From assembly GCA_009103225.1 (NCBI GenBank), contig RHPI01002402.1:777412-841411 (forward strand): a stretch of 64,000 bases of DNA, given 5' to 3'. This DNA is from Chlorokybus atmophyticus. Its lineage: Eukaryota > Plantae > Mesostigma and Chlorokybus algae. Below are positions 48,837 to 62,240 of this stretch, piece by piece. How positions within the stretch are numbered: the stretch's first letter is position 1; each line of letters begins with the position of its first letter. Made by a program: the position numbers and the translations under genes. The notes beneath the pieces are model-generated. The model was not told where the DNA came from and did no database searches. It worked only from the letters and a program-made list of their open reading frames with translations.

Positions 48837-51800
48837 ATGGAGCGTGAGGGTGAGGCGGCGGTTGGGAGGTTTCCCATCGGGCCCAGCAGCGTGTATGGCC
48901 GCCTACTGGCAGTACGGATCTTGTGCAGTACTCGGCTGAGGCTATGGACGGACCTGTTCCTGGCGATCGTGCAGAGGCGGTTCAAGAAGGTGACCACGGC
49001 TTTGAGCTACGTTGGGAGGAGTTTGGCGCAGAGGTTGGATCCGCGCAATCCTCTGAGCTTGGTGGCAGCTGCGGCGCTTGTGCTATGGCTGTCCCATCGT
49101 GCTCGCCTTGGCCAGGCGCAGCGCCAGCTCAAGCGTGCTCGTGTAAAGTACTACACTCAGCAGATGGCACGCGCAAATTGCTATGATGAGTGGTACCAGG
49201 CTGCGCGAGCACTTGATAACTTGCAAGTGAGTGCTAATGATGCCACAATGTTCGTTCAGTCATGTCGCTCCCATCAAGTGTCGTGGCAATGTAGCAGTTG
49301 GGACACATCAAGCCAAATGCCAATTCACCAGTGTCAGTTGCAAAAGGTCTCCATCTTGTAGTCTCTTTAAACTCAGGCATTAGTGCTGCAGCTTTGTACA
49401 TGGTTGTTTCATTATACACGTTATTGCAAGGTCAAACCTGCTGTCAGGCTGAGGCTGTTCACAGTATGCATGCTGTAGCATACGTGTTGTTGGTTTCATC
49501 TTATGTACCAACATCGTCAGCTGTTGCTGCGCTTCTTGTAGGCACACTCATTTGTTGTCGAACAATGAACACTTGCATAGGTGTCTGTTTGAGGGTCATC
49601 ATGCACATGTTGCAAACTTTTGATTGAGTGCAGTATGAGGGTGAAGACGAAAGAAAAGTGGATATGCGGTTTTATGATGTTGAGCTGGTTGAGGACCGTT
49701 TGCAAAAGATGGTGAAGCTGCGAGAGGAAGGCAACATTGGTGAAATGGTTTTCTGCCTGCGAGCTGACCTTCTGCGCAACCTTGGAGGCTTATGCAACCC
49801 GCAGTTACACAAATCGCGCCTTACCACTCCTCACACGATACAAGAATACATACACGAGGTCCTAGCACAGCATGCTTTTTAGCAGCCACAAGTGGTTGCT
49901 TGTTTAGCTTGCATCACATCATCCAGCTTGCCATTAATCTCATTGTAGCATTATGCCACTACACATGTGGAGCACTTTTGTGAGTTAACAGGGGCGTACA
50001 ATGGCAAGTTAAGCTATTTGTTGACAGGTTACTCTACAGCTGAAGTACGTCTGCAACTACGACTTTCCAGACTTCCCCCTGGAGGAGAAGCTGGCATTCT
50101 TCCATGAGACACGCCACGCTTTCGGGCGCACAGCGCTGCTATTCAGTGGAGGTGCTGCTCTTGGCTCCTTTCACCTCGGGGTGATGAAAGCACTTGTGGA
50201 GCACAAGCTCCTGCCGCGCGTCATTGCAGGCTCAAGTGTAGGGTCCATTGTTTGTTCCTTCACTGCAACCCGCACGCAAGAGGAGCTTGAAGCATTCTTC
50301 AAAGGCCCGCTTCCTGACATGATATTCTTTGCTGAGGTGCGAGTTCAAGTTATCCCATGCCAATCCCAGCAATCTGACACTAAGTCAGGACGCTGACTGC
50401 AAGAATTGTTGTTGCACTGTTGGACATTGCAGTGCAATCTGTCGTGTGTTGCGTATTGGGNNNNNNNNNNNNNNNNNNNNNNNNNNNNNNNNNNNNNNNN
50501 NNNNNNNNNNNNNNNNNNNNNNNNNNNNNNNNNNNNNNNNNNNNNNNNNNNNNNNNNNNNNNNNNNNNNNNNNNNNNNNNNNNNNNNNNNNGGGGGAGGG
50601 GGCATGGCTCTTTAAATTCGTGTCTGCTGTGGTTCATACAGTTTCCTTGTTACACTACCTGACCACTGCCGTTATTGGCAGGTTGGGTCTCTCCTTAGGT
50701 TTGCACGGAGGCTTGTAACAAAAGGAGCTTTGCACGAAATAGGTACTCTGCAAAAGAGGATGCGCAGCTTGATTGGGGATTTGACATTCCAGGAGGCGTT
50801 CGACATATCTGGTCGCATACTGGGCATATCTGTGTGCTCCATGCGACAGCATGAGGCCCCCCGCCTGCTCAACTACCTCACATCACCACATGTTGTCATC
50901 TGGAGCGCTGTTGCTGCATCATGCGCCTTTCCTGGGCTATTTGAGGCTCAAGAACTGCTGGCAAAGGATCGAGAGGTGCGTGGCAGCAGTTGCGGACAGA
51001 AGGGAATGCGGTGCAGATTCATGCAAGGAGTATGTTGCTGATTCTCTTGTGCACATGGTCACAGGGACGGTTGGTTCCATTCCACATAGGGGAGCACGAC
51101 GGGGATGGTCGTGGTCTCACATCACGCAAGTGGCGCGATGGTAGCGTTGAGGAGGATCTGCCGATGACAAGCCTGAAAGAGTTGTTCAACGTCAACCATT
51201 TTGTCGTGAGCCAGGCAAACCCACACATAGCCCCTATCCTGCGGCTGAAAGAAATATTGCGCCAGTCGGGTGGTCCATATGTTGGCCACGCCATGCACAT
51301 GTTGGAGATGGAGGTGAAGCATCGTCTCAAACAGCTGATAGAGATGGGCATTGGGAGCAAGGGGATCGCCAAAATCCTTGCTCAGGTGCAGTGGCTGTTG
51401 TATCATATAATTGTTCATGAAGGCGGTTGTGTTGTGACTTCAGCAACACCAACTCACATCAACCAATTCATGCCTGCTACAGGATTGGGAGGGGGATATC
51501 ACAATTGTAATGCCTGCAACCTTGTATCAAATGTACAAAATTATTCAAAACCCCACAAAAGAAGATGTCCAGCTTGGCAGCATCATGGGAGAGCGATGCA
51601 CTTGGGCCAAGCTGTCATCCATACGCGCGAATTGTGCAATTGAGATGGCCCTTGACGAGTGCGTACAGGAGCTGAAGGCAAAGCGTAAGTTGCTGTATGG
51701 CCGCAGTCACGGGCGTGGGTTTGACGGCAGACAGCGCATTCCTTCATGGAATACCTTACTGCGCCCGCAGTCGGTTGGCTCACTGTCAGATGGCGAGGAC

Positions 51801-51848
51801 GACCACTCCACGTTTGCTAGTTTGCGGTCTTATGGAAATGGCATTTGA
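48837..51848 (+). CDS. SDP1: Patatin-like triacylglycerol lipase SDP1/TGL4
   Basis: [19 protein letters not shown]-terminus, [47 protein letters not shown] (catalytic Ser), WRDGS (Asp), [14 protein letters not shown] and RIPSWN. Confidence 0.93.
50461..50591. other. Assembly gap (N) in an SDP1 intron, flanked by G runs
   Basis: 131 N characters. Confidence 0.99.
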
Positions 51849-52993
51849 TGTGTACACCCCACAATCCAATCTGTCGCCCAATCTCACCAACCCGATGTCG
51901 TGGCATGTGTACGCCATTGTCGGTTGGATTATGAATTCTGTCGTACTGTGCACGCTAACTAGAACTGTTTGGATTGTATAGCTCCAATTGGATGTTTCAA
52001 GAGCTGCTTGAGCACAATGTGCAGGTCCGCAGTGACCACGAGCACCCACTGCGTGTTTGAACACAATATCGGCCCAATACGTTGAACTCGCATGCTGCAA
52101 CAGTAATGCAATTGGATCTGCTCCAGTGCAGTTCAACACAGCGCTTCACATACTTTGCACATTCGGCTTGCCCTGACATCATTAGCCAACTTCGCACACC
52201 TTTGGTTTATGCTGCTCATTTGTGCTTCTGTGTCAGAGAAGTGGTTTCTCTGACACAGAAGCACTTGTACAGCTAATTGGCTTCTGCAACGAGTGTCATG
52301 GTAGCTGCATCATTAAAAATACAGTAGCTAGCTGTAGCAAGTTTGACAGGTGAGTATGATGGCTTGGATAGGTATGCAACACCACGCCGCACAGCACCCG
52401 CACTACAATTGGAATGCAAATCGGAATGTAGCAGCTGTCTGCTAACAGCAACCTAGCTTGGCGGTGCTCTTGGCATGAGGCCCATGCAGCTGATGAATGC
52501 TAGCAGAGTTGTTGTGCTGTGCTGTGCACTTGCATTCTTGCTGTATTGGGCTTGTGTAGATGTTGGAGTTATGGCTTTGACACTGGGTCGCTGTAATTGG
52601 ATTGAATATGAAGAGGAGAGACCTAGCAGACTGACACATGCGCCCTGTAACGACATGCACTGTGCTAGAGTAATGGATACCACAAGATGAACCAGCGCAT
52701 ATAGATAGCAGTATCCTGTTCAGCATCCAGTGCGTGGTGGCTTCACATTACACTCGCAACCAGATGTTGCTGTCATTCAGTCAAACGGCTGACCCCTGAC
52801 CTGAAAGCATGCCTGCTGTACATAAGATAATATGCTAGTAGTGTGTGCGTTTCGCTTTGGCGTACATACCGATCTGCATCTATGTTACTGCGTCATTTAC
52901 ATCAGTGCCACACAACAAAGGCTGCACCGTTCTTCTCTGATGTTCGCCGCTCAGCAGTAGTAGTATAAGCAGGCAAGCACTGGCCTGTGACGG

Positions 52994-55900
52994 TCATCGC
53001 AAGGGGCGCCCAGGTCGTCGAGTTTGGGAGCTCAAGCTCTCAACACGCTTGGAAATGTCTGCTGCCTGCAACGAGACATGTTAGCGGTACAGTATGCAGC
53101 CGTCTCGAGAGAGAATTAACTGAAGTAGATCAACTGCAATGCAACTCTCATACCTGCTCGTCTATCCAGATGAGTGAGCTCAGCTGGTTATTCAGAATCT
53201 TCACAACAACCTCTAGCGGATTGTCCGCATCACCCACAGAAGCTGCTGTGGTCTGGAAACAACAGCAGTCATCATCGTCAATGAATATCACAACATTGCA
53301 GCCGCGTCTGCAACTGCTATCAACCGCACATGCTTCCTACAATGCGTGGAGAAAGCTGCCATCATCACCTTGCTATTGAGACGTGACACCAGGTCTTTCA
53401 ACCTGCCTCCCATGTGGTTCAATTGCGCACTCACATCCTCGGCCATCGCATACCTGACATGCAACAAGAGCATGATGGGCTGACCGTCATAAAACTGTGC
53501 TTGGCAAGCCATGATGGTGTTGGCATCAGGATGCAGGGTTGAAACTGGTCACGTGGCTTACATCATGTTTCGGTCGCTTGCAGCATCATCTTGTAGAATG
53601 GCCTGCCGCTGCTCGGCAAACAACCTCTCAGCCTCGCCTTCAACACCCTCCAGCGCATTGTGCACTTCTGTTTGATGACGGTCGAGAATGTCTAAATGCC
53701 TATCGAGAGACTCTTGCGCTGCCCCTAACCTTGATATCTCTTCCTGTATATGAAAAGCTAGTGTTAACAATCCAGATGTTGCATGATGCAGGATCACTAA
53801 TCACAAACCTCGAGGCTGAACAACTGCGATCGCTGTTTGAGAATATGCATATCCCATTGTGCCAACGCCTTGGCATGCTCTTCAAACTTTCGGACACGCT
53901 CCTCGAGCTCATTGTGCCATGATGTGATTATCTACAAATCACATGTGAGAAACAAGCAGGATGAGTCATTACACTAGCAAGTAATGTACAGGCAACGCGC
54001 GGCAAACAACACATGCAGGCTGCAACTCACATCTTCCACGGTTTTGCCAACAATCTCAGAAGGGGGTTTCGGTGCATAGGCGGCCGGTGCTGAAGCTGCT
54101 GTTGTGGTGACCAAAGCGGAACTTGTAGCGGACCCTTGTGTGCCAAACAAACTGTACAAGCATGCCCAGACGTGAGAACCGCACAGCGCAACGACTGCTG
54201 CAAACAACACCCCGCACAGCAGGACACAAACCTTGGTGCAGTTGCAGTTTGAGGGGTGGCTGCAGTCCCCGTGGCAAAACTGAATGAGGGTGTCGCTGCC
54301 GCTGTTGTTGCAGCTGAAGCGGCTCCTGTGATGCCAGGAATTGCCAATCAACATCCCCACTGCTTGTGTTTCTGCATCAGCATTTAACAGCGCGACAGTT
54401 AACTTGCCTGCTGTGCTTGAGGACTGCACAGGAACTGAGAAGCTGAGTGCCGTGGCAGCAGAGGAAGCTCCTGGTGCTGCAGTGCCGAACGCAGGGAGAG
54501 TCCCTGCCTGTTGAGTTGCATCGGCGGTGGCGCCACCAGCGGCGGCTGCAGAGCTCGTCCCTGCTGCTGCTGTCGGTGGCGTGGCAAAAGAAAACCCGGT
54601 GGCTTTACTGCCTGCTGCGGGCATAGAGAACAGGCTGGCACTTGAGCTCGCGGCGGCGGCGGGGGCACCAGAGGAAGCAGTGGCTGGAGTGGAAGGGAAT
54701 GAGAATGCTGACCGCAGCAGTAGTCAGCACCGTGTTGCACTTTTCGAGCCAACAAGTGAGGGCTGTGCTAAACGTGAGGCAAAATACAACAGATGGCTAC
54801 CTGGCATACTTGCGGCTGTGGTGGCTGCCGCTGCCGCGGACGCGCCAAAGCCCGCAAAGGAAAACACGGGCTGCGTTGCTGCGGCAGTGGAAGCAGCTGT
54901 CTGCGAAGCCGGTGTTGATGCCATGGAAGCCAAACTGAAACCAAAGCCGCCTGCACTAGACGCAGCTGCAGTTGCAGCTGGCATTGAGAAGCCACTTGTT
55001 GTTAATGCGGATGCTGGTGTAGTCACAAGCGACAGAGGTGCTGACGCAGTACCTGCCACAATTGCCATATTACAGCATGACCACATGACGTGCTACTAAA
55101 GAGAAAGCACGAAACCAACCAGGTGTGGTGGCCTTGGCAGTGGTGGTCCCAAAACTCAGGCCGGTGAATGCGGGCGCTGTGCCGAAGGAGAACGGGGAAG
55201 CTGCGGGTGTGGCTGCAGCAGCCGAAGTTGCTGCCGGTGCACTGCTTGCCGACAGGGAGAATGCTGACGGAGTGGATGCGGGCGCCGAAGCCGGCGCAAA
55301 CTGGGATGTTGTCTGTTGTCCAGGGGCGGCTCCAAACAACGGCGTTGCTCCTGCTGCAGTGGCAGGTGCGGGGGTGCCGAATGCAGGGGCAGAGGCTCCG
55401 AAGCCAGCACCAAACGCTGGCGTGGAAGCAGCGCCAAATGCTGCCACCGACGAAGCACCAAATGCTGCGCCAAATGAGGGTGTCGATGCTACAGTTGCGG
55501 GTGTGGATGCAGCACCAAAAGCAGGGGTTGCTGCACCAAAGGCAGGCGTTGATGCTGCACCAAAGGGTGTTGCTGCCCCAGATGCAGGAGCAGAAGCTGC
55601 TGTCGCTGGTGTTGATACCGAGGTACCAAAAAGAGAGCCACTAGCTGCTGCTCCAAACCCGGCTGCTGGTGTGGCAGCTGCGCCGAAAGCTGGCGCGCTC
55701 CTGGCTGTGCCAAACATAGGTGTGGAGGCGGCAGCGCCAAATGCTGGAGCAGATGAAGGCGTGGAAGCAGAGCCGAAACCGCCGAAAGAAGGGGTGGACG
55801 CTGGTGCTCCAAAAGCAGGTGTACTATTGGTCGCGCCAAAGCCTCCAGGTGTCGCGCCAAACGCAGGGGTGCTGGCTGCTCCAAAGGCTGGTGTTGATGC

Positions 55901-56585
55901 GGCTCCAAAGGCAGGAGCGGAAGCGGCACCGAACCCAGGTGTGGAGGCGGCGCCGAAAGCGGGCGTTGAGGAGGCGCCGAAGCCCGTGGTTGATGCCGCG
56001 GGTGCACCAAAACCTGGAGTCGATGCGGCTCCAAAGGGCGTGCTACCAAAAGCCGGCTGCGAAGTTGCAGCACCGAAGCCAAACCCTGATGCTGCACTTG
56101 ACGCTCCAAACGCGGGTGCGGCTGCTGACAGGAAGACAAATCAACACGCAGTGCCGCCACCAAGGCACTGGGCCTCCGACAATCAGTGAAGCAATCAGCA
56201 CTGTGACATTACAAACTGCAAGCATTCGCGGAAGACGTGACAGTCGCAATGCAAATCACGGCGATTACAAGGCGAAGCAACTAGCAGTTGCCAACGGAGA
56301 TAGTTATATACTTGCAGCAATGCATGTACGCATGCACAATGTGATGCAACAACCAACGTCACGCAGCAAGAACATCCGAAGAAAATTTTTGGAACACAAC
56401 GCGAGCAACAATCAAACGGGAATCGTACGCGTCATGCCAAACGCTGGCGTTGAGGAGGCGCCAAACGTCCCGCCAGCACCAAAGCCACCGGCGGTGGAGG
56501 CGGGCGTGGACGAGCCGAAGCTGAAGCCGCCAAAGCCAGAAGCAGCGCTACTGGCTCCAAATCCAAAGCCACCCGACCCCGCCAT
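52994..56585 (-). CDS. NUP62: Nucleoporin NUP62/Nsp1 (FG repeats plus C-terminal coiled coil)
   Basis: MAGSGGFGFG start, many xSTPAFG/FSF repeats, KPPSEIVGKTVED, LDRHQTEVHNALE..E.ERL, VSAQLNHMGGRLKDLV and VVKILNNQLSSLIWIDE; ends RPLR*. Confidence 0.92.
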
Positions 56586-57058
56586 TGCGCTCCCCTCGGC
56601 TGGCAAGACACCGCCGCCACGGCCGCCGCCGCCGCCGCCGCCGCGTACTTCCCCAGCAACCAGCTCGCCAACAACATGAACCCTAATTCTGACCACTTGG
56701 TAAGGGAAAACGACCATTTAGCCTCCGCCAAGCACAGCCAAACCGGAAGACAAAAGCTGGAGTCAGCCATTTATGCGTCCGTCGATGTTTGGGCACACCA
56801 AGCGCTCAGATATGTCCAATGCCGATCCGCAATAAACGAAAAACAAAACGTAAAGGGTTGGATAGAACTATTGGCTCACGCAAGGCGACTAACGTGCGCC
56901 ACGTTGCCTGACGCGACCTTAACGTTAGTTATTTGCTTGCAAGTGCAAGGAATGGTGAGGGAACGGTAACGTTATGGCCTGAGTGCCAGTTCTACGGCTG
57001 CCACACGCTGTGAGAAAGGCAGCCAGCGGCAGCGTAGGCGGCGGCGGCAGCAGCGACG

Positions 57059-59393
57059 ATGGCGGCGATGGAGCAGGTGGCCGCAGCGGCGAGGGTTGGG
57101 AGCAGGAATGCCGCCGTGCTGACGCCCCTGAGGCCACGGCGAGCTGCTGCGCCGGTGCAAGCAGCGGTGCGGAGGGGCGCCCCGGCAGTGGTCGCCGCCG
57201 TCACCGCCACGAAGCCGGCCCCCGGCCGCTCCCTGGTGGACGAGGTGGAGAGGAGAGTCGAGCGCGCAGAAGCAAGCCCGCTTGAGGGCGTGCCGTTCGG
57301 CTACAAAGACTTTGAAGCTGCGCTTAGCAAGTTTGACTTCAAGTTCAAGTCAGGCGACAAGGTGTTCAATTCGTCTGTCCTGTTGGTCTGCGCCAACACC
57401 GAGCTGCCCCCGCCGCAAGATCTGCTGAATTGTCTTCTAACCCGTCAACGTGGCTTGCTTTCTTACAATGTCATGCCGTCGTTGTTAAGCTGAAGTTCAG
57501 TGGAGTCGCGCTCCAGTTTGGTTGGGTAGCACGTCTATCGGCAGGTGTACAGCTATTCTGTCAGCTGGTGCTAGCAGCAAGAGGCGTTGCTAAACTGACA
57601 CATTGAAGCCATTGCACCGTTCATTTGCTGTCCTTCAAGTACCTCTGCACAATCGCACATTGGTTGTTGTGACAACCAGCGCAGCCCGCGCAGGTGTTGC
57701 AGCCTGATAAGACTTAGTTGCACACCAGTAAGCATGGTAATGCTTGTCACAATTGGTAGGCTTCTGCATGGCTGTATCGGTTTTACTCAAGTTCCAAGTT
57801 TAACAGAACACGCATTGCCGCATGCTGCAACCGTCTGCAGAGCATAGTCCGTGGGTGCCTCGCTATTCGAGATGGCCATGCAGGATTGTGCATGACAGTG
57901 CCAACTGTTGATGTCCTCTGTGTGTTCTGCGGTTACATATGTTGACCGAGTGTCTGTTCCGCGCAGGTCAAGGGCACAATATTCAAGGTCGATAACAAAG
58001 GCGCATACGCTGATGTCGGGGCCAAGGCGGCTGCCTTCTGCCCTATTCATGAGTGCTCGATTGTCACCATTGATAAGGTGGAGGAGGCCGTGAGTGTTGG
58101 GGAGACCAGGGAGTTTGAGATTACCAGGGATGATGATCCCGAGGGCGTGCTCACACTCAGCATCCGAAAGTTGGAGTACGAGACCGCATGGCAGCGTGTC
58201 AAGCAGCTGAACGCCGAGGACGTCATGGTGAAGGGAGAGGTGGGTGCAGTTGACACGCACAAGAAAAGCATTGAGCACATGTGAGCCGTAAATGCATGGC
58301 TTGGTTGTGCCTGTAATTATGCTGCTGACTTTATGTGCTAAGTGTTGATGTCCTGCGCTGTAGGTGTTGTCTGTTAACCGTGGCGGTATTCTTGTTATGG
58401 TGGAAGGCCTGCGAGGATTTGTACCCACATCCCACTTGAATGGGGTAAGCAAGATGACCATGTACCAGTTGTGACAGGTTGTGCAACGCAGACTGCTGAC
58501 TCTCTGCTTGCAGCCTCCGCGTGAAGACATGATCGGCCAGGAGCTCACACTCAAGTTCCTGGAGGTGGACGATCAGAGGACACGTATAGTGTTGAGCGCG
58601 CGCAAGGCACAGGCAGAATCGCAACTGAAGCAGTTCCAAGTGAGTGTTGGTGGCTGGTAGGTTGTGCGCAGTAGGAGATGGATGTCTGACATGTGGTTAC
58701 AAAACCTCGCTGTGCTCTGCAGGTGGGTGATGTGGTTCTTGGCAGAGTGCAAGCTGTCAAGCCATACGGCGCGTTTGTGGACATTGGTGGCATCAACGGG
58801 CTGCTGCACATTAGCCAGATCAGTCATGATCGCATCGCAAATGTTGAGAATGTCCTGAGCGAAGGTGACAAGCTTAAGGTAAGGACATCAGAGAGCTTAC
58901 CTCATCCCTGTTGCACCTTGCTGCTTCAGCAGGCTGACTTGACATGTTATGCTGCAGGTCATGATCCTGAGCCATGACAAGGAGAAGGGAAGGATCAGCT
59001 TGACGACCAAGAAGTTGGAGCCAACTCCCGGTGACATGCTGCGCGATCCTGCCCTAGTTTATGCCAAGGTGAGTGCAGTTTCCCTTCTCCACCACCCTGT
59101 GCTGTTGTATGCAAATGCTACGCAACCCGGTGGTGACATGAATTGAGGGCTCACGTCATGCACTTACAGGCCGATGAGATGGCCGCAACCTTCAAGCAGC
59201 GTGTCGCTGCTGCAGCCAAGGCTGCTGATGCTGATGCTATGCGACTGGCTGCTGATGACAGCGTTGTCACTGAAGAGGTGAGTGGTCGGGTTATGGCAGT
59301 GCTAGACGGTTGGGTGCATGTGATTTTATCGCTTAGAGAACCGCTTTGTTGCAGGTCTTGGATGTGGATGACATTCCTGCTGCTGAGACTTGA
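57059..59393 (+). CDS. PRPS1: Plastid 30S ribosomal protein S1
   Basis: Transit peptide, [17 protein letters not shown]|[55 protein letters not shown] and [24 protein letters not shown]; ends PAAET*. Confidence 0.95.
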
Positions 59394-60699
59394 GACGTCA
59401 CACTTCATGCACAGTTTGTCGCACAATTGCTCCTCTTCTAGGCAGGGATGGTTCTTGTGGGGCACACACACTGTGTGAACGAGATGTATCACAATCTGTC
59501 CGGTTTCGTGGCTGGGCAAGTGATGTACGAATGCAGAACCACCTGGCGCACTGGGGCGATCGTTCAAAGTGTGCAAAGTCTCTTTTTAGAATTAAGTAGT
59601 ACAGGATACTGGCATGTGTCTAATAGTAACTGTTGGCCGTATGCACATGTGGACATGATGGGATCACCCATTGCAACTGACTGCGCGCAAAAAGCCATGT
59701 GTATAGTCATTGCAAATGTACCCTGTTTGAGAAAGAGCCCCAGTTACCAGTATGTGCTCACCATTGGTTGCAACCAGCAACGTCATAGACTTGCAAGAGG
59801 GCCAATTGCAAACTGGCCAGTGCAAGTGATGTTGCGAACCAATGATAAAGTAAGTCCCTAACCAATCCAGTTCAAGCACAACGCAGCTCATGGTTGTGTC
59901 GAGATCCTTGGGTTTGGCTTGGTGCAACTCTCATGTGGTTATGAATAAGGCTGTGTGATGTAGCTCAGTTGTGAGTAGTTTTCTTTGCATAACTGTACTA
60001 GTGCTGGCAGCGGCGATCTTGCTCACAAGCACATTACACCAAAGACCACTCGGCCCAATTGCACAGCTACACGCAGTGGAGCTATTATGCAACATCAAGT
60101 CCATAACAATCAAATCTCATTTCTATGTATCAGCCACGTACATGCCTCATAACAGGTTACAATTGTCACAAACAAGCGAAGCCACATTATATAATACGAT
60201 TGGTGCAGCAGCAAGTGCTGCATGAAACGTTTTATCCCGCTAGGTGCCACTTTCATCACACTACATGTGCACAAAAATCAACCATTGCGGACATGCCAAC
60301 ACAATTTAGCGCAACCCATCAGCGTAAAACATCTGGTCTGAAAACATGTTGCTCGACAATGCGTTGCCCTCCACAGGATGGCTCCAATATAGGTTGACAT
60401 GATTGGCCATTTGTCTCGATGGCATTTGCTGTATCAATCATAATGTGCATTGCACGTCGTTACGACGCATACTTTCTTGGTATGGTTGACATTTTCTTAA
60501 TTGTTAACCACGGTTGGTGTTGGAGGTTGCAAGTGGTTACGACACGATTTTGAACTTCCCATGCATGACTCCACTATAAAAAGTTAACATGTGCACGCCA
60601 GTAATGTAAGATTAATACGGTAGATTGCGATCCAATACCGTTGTGTAAACGCGTAATTGTACATACAATACGAAATAGATGTATCATATGATGTGCGGG

Positions 60700-61458
60700 N
60701 NNNNNNNNNNNNNNNNNNNNNNNNNNNNNNNNNNNNNNNNNNNNNNNNNNNNNNNNNNNNNNNNNNNNNNNNNNNNNNNNNNNNNNNNNNNNNNNNNNNN
60801 NNNNNNNNNNNNNNNNNNNNNNNNNNNNNNNNNNNNNNNNNNNNNNNNNNNNNNNNNNNNNNNNNNNNNNNNNNNNNNNNNNNNNNNNNNNNNNNNNNNN
60901 NNNNNNNNNNNNNNNNNNNNNNNNNNNNNNNNNNNNNNNNNNNNNNNNNNNNNNNNNNNNNNNNNNNNNNNNNNNNNNNNNNNNNNNNNNNNNNNNNNNN
61001 NNNNNNNNNNNNNNNNNNNNNNNNNNNNNNNNNNNNNNNNNNNNNNNNNNNNNNNNNNNNNNNNNNNNNNNNNNNNNNNNNNNNNNNNNNNNNNNNNNNN
61101 NNNNNNNNNNNNNNNNNNNNNNNNNNNNNNNNNNNNNNNNNNNNNNNNNNNNNNNNNNNNNNNNNNNNNNNNNNNNNNNNNNNNNNNNNNNNNNNNNNNN
61201 NNNNNNNNNNNNNNNNNNNNNNNNNNNNNNNNNNNNNNNNNNNNNNNNNNNNNNNNNNNNNNNNNNNNNNNNNNNNNNNNNNNNNNNNNNNNNNNNNNNN
61301 NNNNNNNNNNNNNNNNNNNNNNNNNNNNNNNNNNNNNNNNNNNNNNNNNNNNNNNNNNNNNNNNNNNNNNNNNNNNNNNNNNNNNNNNNNNNNNNNNNNN
61401 NNNNNNNNNNNNNNNNNNNNNNNNNNNNNNNNNNNNNNNNNNNNNNNNNNNNNNNNNG
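60700..61458. other. Assembly gap (N)
   Basis: 759 N characters. Confidence 0.99.
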
Positions 61459-61598
61459 GAGTTATGGATTTTGATTTTATGGGGGCGTGGGCATGGGCGT
61501 GTGCGTGTATTAATCTTGAGAGTGACATGTTACAAAGGTGATTTCGTATTATCGTATGATGAAGCCATTTGATAAACATTGTTATTAGCGCTCCTTGC

Positions 61599-61735
61599 CT
61601 TACACTGTCCGACTCGGACAGCGTAAGATAATGAGCCCCATCCCATATAGGCTACAATCGGATTGTAGCCTAAATAAGATGGGGCATATATGAGACATGT
61701 GGCTCCTCCTATGGCAGCGACTTTTGCTGCCATAG
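61599..61735. repeat. Cluster of three near-perfect hairpins, one nested
   Basis: cttacactgtccg/cggacagcgtaag (61599-61627); gccccatc/gatggggc enclosing taggctacaatc/gattgtagccta (61635-61685); ctatggcagc/gctgccatag (61709-61735). Confidence 0.9.
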
Positions 61736-61899
61736 CCCAATACTTAGATTAAAATATCGTATTACACGGCCCACAGTGTCAAATCAAGTAAAATTTGGAG
61801 TGCCAACATAAAACACCCACAACATTTGTTACCAAATAAACTTGGCCACTCGCAAACTGGAAAGTTTGTTGTCGCATGAGTTGAGAGGTCTCGAAACAC

Positions 61900-62240
61900 A
61901 AATCTATGCCTGCAATCTATCTTACGTTATCATGAGCGTCCGCAATGCCACATTGCCTACTTTGATAAACTGGTTGGGAGGGCAAGCTGTGGTGGTCAGT
62001 GCTGCGCACGCGGCCGTGGTCGCCCTCTTCCTTAGTGCATTGAGCAGGCTGCAGCGCAAGAGATCCGCTACCTTTGGATAAATGTATTTCGGGCCCCTCG
62101 AGGGCTTCAGTCAGTGCTGCGCACGCGGCCGTGGTCGCCCTCTTCCTTAGTGCAATGAGCAGGCTGCAGCGCAAGAGATCCGCTACCTTTGGATAAATGT
62201 ATTTCGGGCCCCTCGAGGGCTTCATGTTCAATGTCGAAAT
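61900..62240 (+). mobile_element. Possible degenerate GIY-YIG endonuclease remnant (Penelope-like)
   Basis: Across frameshifts: CNLSYVI / ERPQCHIAYFDK and RLQRK / EIRYLWINVFRAPRGL. These resemble the NxxYxIxCxxCxxxYIG and RxxxExxWIxxxxTxxPxGLN motifs of PLE endonucleases. Confidence 0.35.
61996..62223. repeat. 115-bp-period near-identical tandem duplication
   Basis: tcagtgctgcgcacgcgg...cccctcgagggcttc starts at 61996 and 62111, with one substitution (cattg vs caatg). Confidence 0.95.

Noticed and set aside
55125-56189. 354-aa plus-strand ORF
   Set aside because: Antisense shadow of the low-complexity NUP62 FG-repeat exon.
60584-61579. Long ORFs full of X
   Set aside because: Artefacts of the assembly gap.
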